Below are positions 20,812 through 31,200 of a DNA stretch of 64,000 nucleotides, one piece after another. Made by a program: the position numbers and the translations under genes. This DNA comes from Elusimicrobia bacterium RIFCSPLOWO2_02_FULL_39_32 (GTDB lineage: Bacteria; Elusimicrobiota; Elusimicrobia; 2-02-FULL-39-32). Below the pieces are notes generated by a model that did no database searches, was not told where the DNA came from, and saw nothing but the letters and a program-made list of their open reading frames with translations. Numbering within the stretch: position 1 is the first letter of the stretch; every line of letters starts with the position of its first letter. The stretch is taken from the NCBI GenBank assembly GCA_001800135.1, contig MGUU01000024.1:31844-95843 (forward strand). Reading direction: 5' to 3'.

Positions 20812-21765
20812 ATGACAATAACTCTTCCCAATATTTTAGATACGATTGGCAATACTCCGCTTGTAAAACTAACTTCATTCCAAAGATGGATTCCAAAAGA
20901 GGTTTCTATTTTTGCAAAATTGGAATCTAAGAATCCGGGCGGTTCAGTAAAAGACCGGGCTGCAAAAAAAATGATTTTAGAAGCGGTTCGCTCTGGAGAG
21001 CTAACGCGGGAAAAAACTATTTTGGATTCTTCCTCTGGCAATACCGGGATTGGCTATGCTTTAATTGCCGCGGCTTTAGGATATAAATTAGAGTTAGTGA
21101 TGCCGGAAAATGCCTCAGAAAAAAAGAGGACGATCGAAGCTTTTGGCGCAAAGGTTATTTTTTCCGATCCTTTGGAAGGGTCGGACGGCGCTATCCTGGA
21201 AGCTCAAAAAAGATTTAAAGAAAATCCAGGGAAATATTATATGCCAGACCAGTACAATAATCCTAACAATTGGAAAGCTCATTACGAAACCACGGCTGAA
21301 GAAGTATGGAAACAATCTCATGGGAAGTTAACTCACTTTGTGGCAGGCATTGGCACATCTGGAACTTTGATGGGAACCGGGAAAAGGCTGCGTGAGCTAA
21401 AAAAAGAGATCCAAGTCATAGCGGTAGAGCCGGAAGGCGCGTTGCATGGTTTAGAAGGATTAAAGCATATGGAATCTTCCATTGTGCCCGGGATTTATGA
21501 CCCTAGTGGCTATGATCGGAAAATTTCTGTTTTTACAGAAGATGCTTATGAAATGACTTGCAGGCTGGCTCGGCAAGAAGGGATTTTGGCAGGATACTCT
21601 TCCGGAGCAGCTTTACAAGCCTGTTATCAACTAGCGAATGAAATTAAACAAGGCCTGATTGTGACTATTTTTCCTGATGGCGGAGAACGTTACTTACAAA
21701 CTCAATTTTGGTATGAAGTATTAAAATATTGGGAAGAACACTGGAAATTTTTTGAAACAAGATAG
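20812..21765 (+). CDS. cysM: Cysteine synthase family PLP enzyme (CysM-like)
   Basis: NPGGSVKDR, SSGNTG, QYNNPNN, GIGTSGT, FPDGGERY. Confidence 0.8.
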   Translation: MTITLPNILDTIGNTPLVKLTSFQRWIPKEVSIFAKLESKNPGGSVKDRAAKKMILEAVRSGELTREKTILDSSSGNTGIGYALIAAALGYKLELVMPENASEKKRTIEAFGAKVIFSDPLEGSDGAILEAQKRFKENPGKYYMPDQYNNPNNWKAHYETTAEEVWKQSHGKLTHFVAGIGTSGTLMGTGKRLRELKKEIQVIAVEPEGALHGLEGLKHMESSIVPGIYDPSGYDRKISVFTEDAYEMTCRLARQEGILAGYSSGAALQACYQLANEIKQGLIVTIFPDGGERYLQTQFWYEVLKYWEEHWKFFETR

Positions 21766-21829
21766 TAATTAATCGTTAGAATTGAAAATTTTTGAAAGAC
21801 GCACAAAAAATTATTTAGAGTAACTTCAC

Positions 21830-24800
21830 CTAACGTTGGATCGCAATTTTAACTGTTTTTGTTTTTCCGCTTTCTTTGACTAAAGCAAAATAGATTCCGC
21901 TCTCTACTTTTTGATCAGATTCAGTTTGAGCGTTCCACTTGACCCTGCCGTCGCCATCTTCATCCTTAAGCTGTTTAACTAAATTACCTGAAAGCGTATA
22001 AATCTTAATTTCCGAATAGGCAGGAAGACCTCTAAAGATAATCCCATTATTTATATGCTCACTATTTCCGGGTTTAAATGGATTAGGATAGACCATAATA
22101 TCAGAAGTAATATCCGCTGCATATTCCATAATCGCGAATAAAGTAAGATGATCTACTTTTCCAATCACTCTTTTATTGGTTCTGTCCACGCTTGAATTTG
22201 GAACTAGAACCCAAAGGCCGGTAGATTCGTCATAATAGAAGAGGCGAAGAAGATGTTCATTTAGGTTCGATATATCACTGTCAGCATAAGGAAGATTAAT
22301 TGTTACTTCTTTTTTAAATTTTTTTGTTCCATCAGTTAAGGTAATTTCTCTCATGATTCCAGTTCCTTTTATTTTTGGATCATTTTGCAAAGGAGGAGCG
22401 TTTGTTTTTTCTTCAATCATAATTTGCGTGGAGTTGGCTAAAGCGTCTGGCGGAATTTCCACTTGCACCCCATCTGCTGTGGCAAAGATATTTTTATTCG
22501 TTATGTCAATTAAAGACCGAACCACAAATTTGTAATGAGCGGCTTGTGCGCCGCTATTGCCAGCCCCGTCTTTGGCAATTGAATGAAAGTACCAGGTGTT
22601 ATCTGCTATAGGGATAGATTCTTTGCAAGTTCCATCGCTTGAAAAATTGTCTGACTGAGAGGGAGTAGAATCAGGCAGACTGTCCACTTTCCAGTAATAG
22701 CCTGAAACGCCTGAAGAATCTTCAGGCCCTGAAACTTTAAACTCTGGTTTTGGTTCTGGGTAACTATTAGTTGAATTTGGATGTGTTTTAGAAATAATGG
22801 AACTTGGTTTTTTTGGAGCGGTTAAATCTATTTTAATTCCATTGGAATTGTCAGAATAGCTCCCATAGAGGCCAGCTCCATTTTTTGCCCGTACTCTTGC
22901 ATAGTAAGTTTCCCCTTCTTTTGCGCCTGTGACTGTTTTTGAAAAAACATTGCCTACATCCCCATCAAAAAGGTTCGATCCACCCGGACTATTTCCAACC
23001 TGCAAATAATATCCTGCGATTCCAGTTTCTAAATCTTGAGCCGTGCCAGATTCCCAGCTAAAAGGTATGCTGGTTGAATTCGTGTATGTTCCTTGATCTT
23101 CAGGCACAGATGGGGCGCCAACAACAGGTGTATTATCTTGAATAGTGAGTGAAACTGAAATAGTAACTTCGGAGCTGGAAGAGTTTGGGTCTGAGATCAC
23201 AACTGTGGTTTTGTGAGTTCCTACAGCCAGACCAAATGGTTTTACTGAAACTGTAATTTGGGTTTGATCATTTTTTGCCATATATCCAGAATTAGAAGAA
23301 AGAGTTAACCATGAATTGGAAACTTTTCCTGTCCAGTTTAAAGTGGAATTTTCTGCTCCTGTATTCGTAATGGTAAAAATTTGAGGATCGCTGCTATTAG
23401 ATGCATAAGCAGCAGTGAAACTTAGAGAATTTTTATTAAGAGAGATGGTAGGAATGGGTAAGCTAATATCTGCTGTCATGGTGGCTGAGGAGTTGCTGAT
23501 ATTGGAAATGCTAATATTGCTATTAGAACCATTATAAAATTTGCTGGAAGGATTGGAACTATTATTAAAAGTTTTATTGCCGGATGATCCAGGATATGGA
23601 TCTCCGCTATCTCCATAACTTGAGCTACTGTCTAATTGATTTAAACCATCTGCTTCCACTAAATCCACAAGTTTTCTTGATTCATTTCCATTGCCTGATT
23701 GAGATTCATCAATATGCCAGATTAAAAGCCCTGAGCTAGGCAGCGCCTGATCATATCCGGTTTTTTGCCTATTTTCAATTAAAAAATATTCTCCTGTGCC
23801 GAACATTTCTGGGCCATTAGGGTTAGATAAGAGTTGTTTGATTCCTCTGTCAGAATTTTCAGATGTTTCAACTTGGCTGAAGGAAGCTCCTGTGATAAAG
23901 TTTTTTATCTGGGTAGGAGTGACCCATCCTAAATAAGATTTGCTCCAAGCGCTATGGTGGCTAGGGCTGTCTCCGGCATAGAGTATTCCATTCCATGAAC
24001 CAGAAGCCATAATATCCCAATCTCCAATTCCAGCTGAGGAACCATTTGAACTATCCGTATCATAAAGATCAGGCAGACCTAAATCATGGGACAGTTCATG
24101 ACAAATGATCCCTATTGTGGCTTGATGATTATAGTGCAGTTCGCCAAATTGCGTATATCCGCTTGAAAATCCAGCCACTGTGGCGCCATCTACAACTGGA
24201 GGGTCAACAAAGAAAATTGACCAGCGATGCCCCCAAACAGAGGGTGTGGTTGGGGAGTAGGCTGTTTCATAACCTGCGGGTATGATGACAACATGCAATT
24301 CATCTGTAGAGAGATAACCATCATTATTGGCATCAAAGGAAGCAAAATTTACATAAGAATCAGCTGCGAGAATTGCATCTTTGGTAAGTTGTTGATTGGT
24401 CTCATCAATGTTAGAACCCGTGTTGGGATGGTTGTAAGATAAGGTGACTACTACAATTCCATTGTTAGCAGTCCCATTGCTCTCTTGCGCAGGCGCCATG
24501 GTCAGTTGGTCATAAGAAACTTCTTTAAAATATTTTTTTACGCTGTTGGTTGCGCCAAAAAATTTTTCTTCCCAATCTGCTTCTGTAGTCGTTAAATTTC
24601 GATTTTTAAAATTGACCAGTATCGCTAAAATTTTGTGCGTGCCTAAAGTTGGTTCTACCGATGCTGCTGCTTGCGCGGAAAATTGGGGAGCAAAAAAACT
24701 AGGAGCTCCACGCGTTTTAATTGCTTTAAGAGTCTCTAAGTCAGAAGATGTGATTTTTTTTATGCCTTGCGGCTGGTCTTTGCCAACGATAAGGTTGCTG

Positions 24801-25093
24801 GGAACAAGACCTTTCGTTGAATCTATTTTTGCGTATTCAAAATAAAGGCTTTCTTTATTTAAGATAACAGGATAACCCTCTTCAGTTTCCAGCCAGTTTG
24901 CCCACTCATCTCCTTTATTAAGAACTTTTATTTTAGTTCCATCCGGCTGTTCAATGGATTGCCATTGTTTAAACCCTGGGGCGGAAAATAGAGGGGGCTG
25001 AACCCAGAATAAAATAGAAAAAAGAGTCAGGATAAAGATAAAAAAATCCCGGTTCAAAATCATTTTGCTTTGGCTTTGTGACCTGGTTCTCAT
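21830..25093 (-). CDS. Secreted M6 (immune inhibitor A-like) metalloprotease with BACON/FN3-like domains and C-terminal FlgD/T9SS-CTD-like domain
   Basis: QPDG..GDEW N-domain, HELSHDLGLPDLYD, WDIMASGSW, EYFLIENRQ; C-term VYPNPF..IYTLSG..ESGIY; start may be 25093 or 25063. Confidence 0.88.
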   Translation of the reverse strand: MRTRSQSQSKMILNRDFFIFILTLFSILFWVQPPLFSAPGFKQWQSIEQPDGTKIKVLNKGDEWANWLETEEGYPVILNKESLYFEYAKIDSTKGLVPSNLIVGKDQPQGIKKITSSDLETLKAIKTRGAPSFFAPQFSAQAAASVEPTLGTHKILAILVNFKNRNLTTTEADWEEKFFGATNSVKKYFKEVSYDQLTMAPAQESNGTANNGIVVVTLSYNHPNTGSNIDETNQQLTKDAILAADSYVNFASFDANNDGYLSTDELHVVIIPAGYETAYSPTTPSVWGHRWSIFFVDPPVVDGATVAGFSSGYTQFGELHYNHQATIGIICHELSHDLGLPDLYDTDSSNGSSAGIGDWDIMASGSWNGILYAGDSPSHHSAWSKSYLGWVTPTQIKNFITGASFSQVETSENSDRGIKQLLSNPNGPEMFGTGEYFLIENRQKTGYDQALPSSGLLIWHIDESQSGNGNESRKLVDLVEADGLNQLDSSSSYGDSGDPYPGSSGNKTFNNSSNPSSKFYNGSNSNISISNISNSSATMTADISLPIPTISLNKNSLSFTAAYASNSSDPQIFTITNTGAENSTLNWTGKVSNSWLTLSSNSGYMAKNDQTQITVSVKPFGLAVGTHKTTVVISDPNSSSSEVTISVSLTIQDNTPVVGAPSVPEDQGTYTNSTSIPFSWESGTAQDLETGIAGYYLQVGNSPGGSNLFDGDVGNVFSKTVTGAKEGETYYARVRAKNGAGLYGSYSDNSNGIKIDLTAPKKPSSIISKTHPNSTNSYPEPKPEFKVSGPEDSSGVSGYYWKVDSLPDSTPSQSDNFSSDGTCKESIPIADNTWYFHSIAKDGAGNSGAQAAHYKFVVRSLIDITNKNIFATADGVQVEIPPDALANSTQIMIEEKTNAPPLQNDPKIKGTGIMREITLTDGTKKFKKEVTINLPYADSDISNLNEHLLRLFYYDESTGLWVLVPNSSVDRTNKRVIGKVDHLTLFAIMEYAADITSDIMVYPNPFKPGNSEHINNGIIFRGLPAYSEIKIYTLSGNLVKQLKDEDGDGRVKWNAQTESDQKVESGIYFALVKESGKTKTVKIAIQR

Positions 25094-25100
25094 TACCAAA

Positions 25101-25242
25101 ATTATAGCTAGGTTCCTCTAACTATTCTTCAACTTTTTGTAACAAATTTGTAACACTTTTTGTAACGCTTTTTTCCGTTACAAAATTGTTACAAAAATGT
25201 CACAAAAAGTTTAAGATCAAACGACCTGTTTTGCCGTATAAT
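25101..25242. promoter_or_regulatory. Divergent promoter pair with 3+3 inverted array of TGTAAC boxes at ~11-bp spacing
   Basis: TGTAAC at 25138, 25149, 25161; GTTACA/GTCACA at 25177, 25188, 25199; TATAAT on - strand at 25101-25106 and on + strand at 25237-25242. Confidence 0.7.
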
Positions 25243-25295
25243 AAAAAGGTTATTTTTCACTTTTTTTACTAGAAAATGAAATCTTTTTAAAATTT

Positions 25296-28200
25296 ATGAA
25301 AAAAATGTTTTCCTTAGTTCTGGCAGCTTCTTTGCTCTTTAGCATGGCGGCCCCAAGTTTTGCCCAAGCTAAAATCTATGAAAGGCAAAGAGTTGACCAG
25401 CTGCGCGCTTTAAGCCAATTCACAAAAAATCCTCTTGCTTTAGTTGTGCAACACCTTGCGGAAAAATTGGTTCAGAATCCAAAACAGTTCCATTTATTTT
25501 ACGAACAATATATCCATGAATTAGAAACCATAAGTAAAAAAGAGAATGAGTTTAAAGTTCCATTTAAATCTCTTGCCAACAGATTTCTTTTCGCAACCCC
25601 GATTTTTAGCGTACGAGATGAAAAAATTTATGTTTTAGCCGCAATCAGGGGAAAACATTTTCAAACCAATCTGGCGCTGATATTTTCTAAAGATGGGAAC
25701 TTTGAGTCTAAGGTAGAAAAAGATTTTGAAATCAAAAAATTACTTACAGAAAATGAATTCAAAGTAAATGAAAACTGGGAGCTTAAAGATATAAGAAGAG
25801 GACTATCCTTATGGCCTAACTTCCTTGTAGAGCCTCAGAAAGAGGGATCAAAATTAAATTTTAAACCGAATCAGCTTATCGCCGATCTTCATGCAAAGAG
25901 CCCTTTTAAAAAACAAGACAGGATAAAGAAAAAAAGTTTTGAACCTTGGGTAAAAGCAGCATCCATTCTTTTAGTTTTAAACCTCACTACTCTTTTAACT
26001 CAGGGCTGCGTTTCAGTAATAACGGAACAATCTTCCATGTCTGTAGCTTCTTTTCCTTTTATGAATCTTTATTTTACGGCGATTGCGTTAATCTTATTGA
26101 ATCTATACAGTCTGATCACTAAACATCAAAATTATTTTCCAGCTTTTGTTTTTTACCCCTATTTTTCAGTAAAGAAAGTACGGTTGCCAGATTGGCTATT
26201 TCTATCCAATTTAATACCCGGCAAAGGGAACGAGCCAGAGGGCAAATCAGCCCAACTAAACGAGATTCGCGCTTCTGATGGAGAATCGGAGTTAGAACCG
26301 GCTCCCCAAACAAAAATAAATACAAAACATATCACAGATGGATTTAATAAAGTTCGGCTGATGGATGTTACAGGAGTTGAAAGGCTGGGAGTTATGGGGG
26401 ATGTGCAAGCAAATTATTTGCAGATGTTAAATGCCCTTGAAAAATCCGGATTTATTGACAGCAAAGGAGATTGGATTGCAGGTTCAGCAGTTCTTATCTT
26501 TGATGGAGACTTAATAGACGGCGGGCCAAATCCATGGGAGGTATTACAGTTTGTTTATAGTCTTCAAAACAAGGCGAGCGCTCAAGGAGGAAAAGTCATT
26601 GCAGTGATGGGCAATCATGAATATATGTTTTTAAACAGCGTTGAAGGAAGAGATCGCTACGCGCGAGAGTTGATTTGGACCCATTGGTTGAGTGATGACA
26701 ATGCCATGACCGGGCTCAATACTTTGAAAAAATTGCTTGGCAGAGAACATTTAGATTCAAACTGGGAAAAAGATAGCCATGCTGAGTTAGGGTATGCGGT
26801 TCAAAATAGAGAAGAACTTTTAAGAGAAATTCATGAACGGTATCCGGAATTGAATAACATTCTAAGATGGATGCAGCATTCCATGCCTTATGCGGTGCGA
26901 ATCAATGAAAATGTTTTGGCAGCGCATGCAGCTCCAGATTTTTATGCCAGGACATTTGAAGAGATCGCTTCTAGCGCCAGAGGAGAACTAATGACTATAC
27001 AGGATAGGGAATGGGTCAGTAATTCTCAACGCGTAAGAGAGTGGATGAAAAGGTTGGGATTTGAATATTTTGTTTATGGTCATACCTGCCAAACTCCAAT
27101 TGGTGTAGGGAAAAATGGAGGCATTCAAGGCAAAGTCAGTCAAATCATGCCTAAAATTTACAATATAAATACAACTCCTCGTCAGGCAGCAGAGGGAGGG
27201 GCTGCGGCTGTTCTAGAATTTTTATTTGACAGAAACTTAGCGCATACTGTTAAAGTGACCTATGGGGAGAACGAGTTTGGCTTAGAAGATGAAATTTTTG
27301 AACATTACTCAGTTAAAGTTTATCGCGCTTTTATGGAGGCTGCGGAAAAAATTGGGGCTAAGGGATTACTTGACTTTATTACCAAGAACATTAATCACAA
27401 AAATATGGTTAGACAATCTTCAGAAGGTCAAGTCTATAAAATTGAGGGCTTAGAGGATTATGAACTTCACCTCCCACCAGATATTAAATTTGATGATTTT
27501 AAACCTGTACAGGATCCTTTTCCAAAGAGTAATTTTGGTCAGGCGGTTGCTCAGTTGGGCAGTGTGACTATTCATAAGAGATTATTCGGAGTTCCCTATA
27601 GTGTATCTTCCCTTTCATTTGAAGAGAGTCCAACTTTAGATTCCCTATATGAAAAGCATCTTGAGATTGCCGCAGGAATGGCTCAAAGCGCTTATGACAA
27701 CTTAGCCATAGACTTAAAAAATATTCAGGATGCTGGTTATACGCTTGATTTAACAAATTCAAATAATATTTTTATTGATCCAGAACATTCAAGATTTCAA
27801 CCGCATCAACTGATTTTAGAAAAAGACGATTCATTGACTCATGCTTCAAGGTTGGCGGCTTGTCTCCTCAATCATGAGTTTGCGGCAGAAAAATATAATG
27901 GAAAGGACCCTCGCATATTTTATTGGCGAAGATTAATCCTTGAAAAATCTTTAATCGCAGCTCAAACTAGTGGACTCATATTTTCAAATGAGGATTATCA
28001 GAATCATGCATTATTTAATTTTGATTCTGAAATGGAGTTAGCTTTTGAATGGGCCGGCTTAAAAGGAGAATGGCCAAAAGTACAAAGTAGGATGATGGAA
28101 AAAGTCGAGGTTCAGAAAATTTTTTCAGATTATCCATCTACTTTACCCAAAAAGGGATTGGTTTTGTCTAGCAGACAGAGAGCAGGCTTAAGAGGTTTTG

Positions 28201-31200
28201 AAGAGATTTTTTACAGCGCTCTTTTAGTTGGTGGAATAGGAGAAATCTGGAATCATCTATTTTGGGCAGCTCCCACGATTGGTTATTTAATCGGTTCTGT
28301 TATCAGCCTGCTCCTCTTTATGAAAACACACAAAAAACCAATTTATTTAACCTCTGAAGGCGTTCTCACTCACGCACCTCCTTTAGGAATGGATGAAGAA
28401 GCAGCTCAACTAAGAGCAAAAAAAATTCTTTTTTTAATAGCAGTCACTCTACGATCCATTTATCTTTTAACTCTTTATCTATCTCCCTTTGGAAATATCA
28501 TTGACCTGATCCTTGCAACCATTGCAGCTATTGTTGCGCATGGGTTTATTTATAACAGCAAACTAGCTCCAAGATATTATTGGCCTTTAGCAATGGCTTC
28601 TCCAACTAAGCGAACCGAATTTAAATCAGAACAAGATAGAGAACGTTCAGAAATTGCTGCGCGTTCCATTAAACATGGTTCATGGAATGAACTCTCTATT
28701 AAATTATCCGTTCTTTATAAAGCCATGACACAATTAGATGAGCCAGATCGTTTAAGTTTAGAAACAGGAGATCATCTTCAAGGGCTTAGGGATCGTTTAG
28801 ACCTTTATGCTGAACGAGTCAGCCTTCAATTTCAAGATCATGAACTGCTTGAGTATAGAGAAGTTTTAGAAATTTTAATCGGTTTTTTAAAGAACGAAAT
28901 TGGACCGCGTCTTAATAATAAAGCTTTGATCAGCCTTTCAAACCATTCTACTCTTCAAGTTTATCACACCCGTTCCATTGAAATTATAGAGGATTTAATT
29001 TCTTTTATTGATGGAAATATAGAGGAACGGAAAACAACATTTGGAATTAAGGAAGTAATTGAGGAAGCGTTCGAGAATGTATTTAATGAATCATTTAGGG
29101 AAAGATATGCGAAAAGAGGGAATGAAATTACTTTGGAATTTGAAAGTTTTGAAAATAACCTTATTGAAAGTGCTGGGGACAGAAGAAAAATTCTAAATGT
29201 TTTTAGAACCTTATTTATGAACACAAGGCAGGTATGGCAGGAGAGATTACAAGCTGAAGCTAAAGACAATGTTCCGCCGCCTTTATCCTTAGAGTTGAGC
29301 GTTAAATTAAGATGGGTTGGAGATAAACCTATTCTTGAAATAATAGATAATGCAGGAGGATTTCAGAATGACGGGCTCTTGGATGTCCCAGAGAGTCAAG
29401 AACCAGATCGGCAAAAGATGTTTTTCTTAAATGTTTCAGAACGTAAAGGAGGATCTGGGTTAGGTTTAGCAGAAGTCTGGCATCTCATAAAACTTCACAG
29501 CATTAAAGATCAGCCTGCATGGATTCATGCCAGCAATCTTTCAGATCACAAAAGCAGAAAAAAAGGAGCTAAATTTACTATTTTTCTGCCAGAACTTATT
29601 GTCAAAACTGAAAGTAAATCAGAGGATACACCAGATGATCCAAACATAAAGATACTTAATAAACATAATTGGATTTTGTCTAAAGCTCGAAGGGAATTAG
29701 GACTCAAGCTTGCTGGACGCGGCGGAGGTTATTTTAGATTTTTTAAGGAGAAGGGACTGCTGCGAGAGTTAAAGAAAAAGATCATTGAAAGATTAATTGA
29801 ACACCATTGGAATTTTATTAAAACAGCTCAAAGTTTAGGAATTAACGAAATAACATTAAGAAATTTTAGAAAAGAGCTTAAAATCAAAACTTCTAGAAAA
29901 ATAAAGAATTCTGCTGCTAAAGTCAGATCAGAAAACAATCCAATTATCTTTGAATCTTCAATGATTTCAGATGAGGAATTATTGAGTAGAAAACCTTCAT
30001 TAAAACCTACAGTTAAGAAAAAGAATCAATTTATCCAAGGGCTAGATATTTTTGCAGATATGGTTTTAGCTGACATGAGAAGAAATGGCGTAACCCCTGA
30101 AGATTTTATTAAAGAGGCGGAAAAATATGCGTTAGTTCGTATGGAGATTTTATCTAGGCTTAACCGCAAGGATAGAAAATTCTTTGCGCAATATACAGAT
30201 AATAAAGAGCTGGAACTTATTTTTAAGGCTATGGAAACAGCTGAAACCTATTTGGGAAACTCTTATAAAAATTATTTTGTTGGAATTATAAAAGACTATT
30301 TTGAAAAAGGTTCTTCATTTATTTTTGAAGATTTTTGCAGATTAGACCTTTGGTTTAAACAGAATGATGAATGGTATAAAAATCTTTTTGACATTCCAAT
30401 GGATTATAGACCCAGAGAAAATGATATTGGCGCTCTATTTGAAGAACTTACAGGTTTTAGTTTGGAATCCATTCATGACAGGGATGGGGTACTTTCTATC
30501 CCCTATCTTTATTATGCCATGCAGGTAAGAAAGTCAGTTAATCCTGAACATAAACCACTAGTTGCGGTATATGGCGGAGCAGGCGCTGATATTTCAACAT
30601 TTTTATTATCCACAGATGCTTCTACAGGTTATTTTGTTACGCAAAATCAAGTAGATGCCGAACAACTTAAAAGTATGATGGAACAATGGGATTCAATAAC
30701 ATTTGATGACGATTATGCTAAAGATAAAAGGCTTTATGGTTTTGGAAATGGCGGAACTCTTGATAAAAGAAAGGGCGCAATTTATAAAGCGATAGTCCAA
30801 GAACTAAAAACAATTGGAGTTAGAAAAGAATCTGTAAGAATTGAAAATAAGGATGGTCATACAAAAATTATTTTAGACTGGGTTTACCCGGGGACCAATC
30901 AGCCTAGAACTTATTCAATTACTTATATAAAGCAGCGGTTGCAGAAGATTGGCAGCCCTGAAACAACTGACCCTTTGCTTAATTCTGCGCTTGAAAAAGG
31001 CATTGATATCTACTATCAAAAAGCTGTACAGGATACAAATAACTTATGGGGTCAATTCTTGCCTAGGGTTGCAAAAGCAATTAGAGTGGGAGGCGCTTCC
31101 ATTACAGATGATTACCAATCCATAAGCGGTATTCACAACCCTGAACCGTTTCTTAATACAGAGTCACATCATTTTGTTTCACTTAAACAGAATTCCTCTA

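Noticed and set aside
25133-25209. Repeat array as CRISPR or iteron origin
   Set aside because: Units are 6-7 bp with ~5-bp spacers, and there is no cas or rep gene; it fits a regulator-binding array
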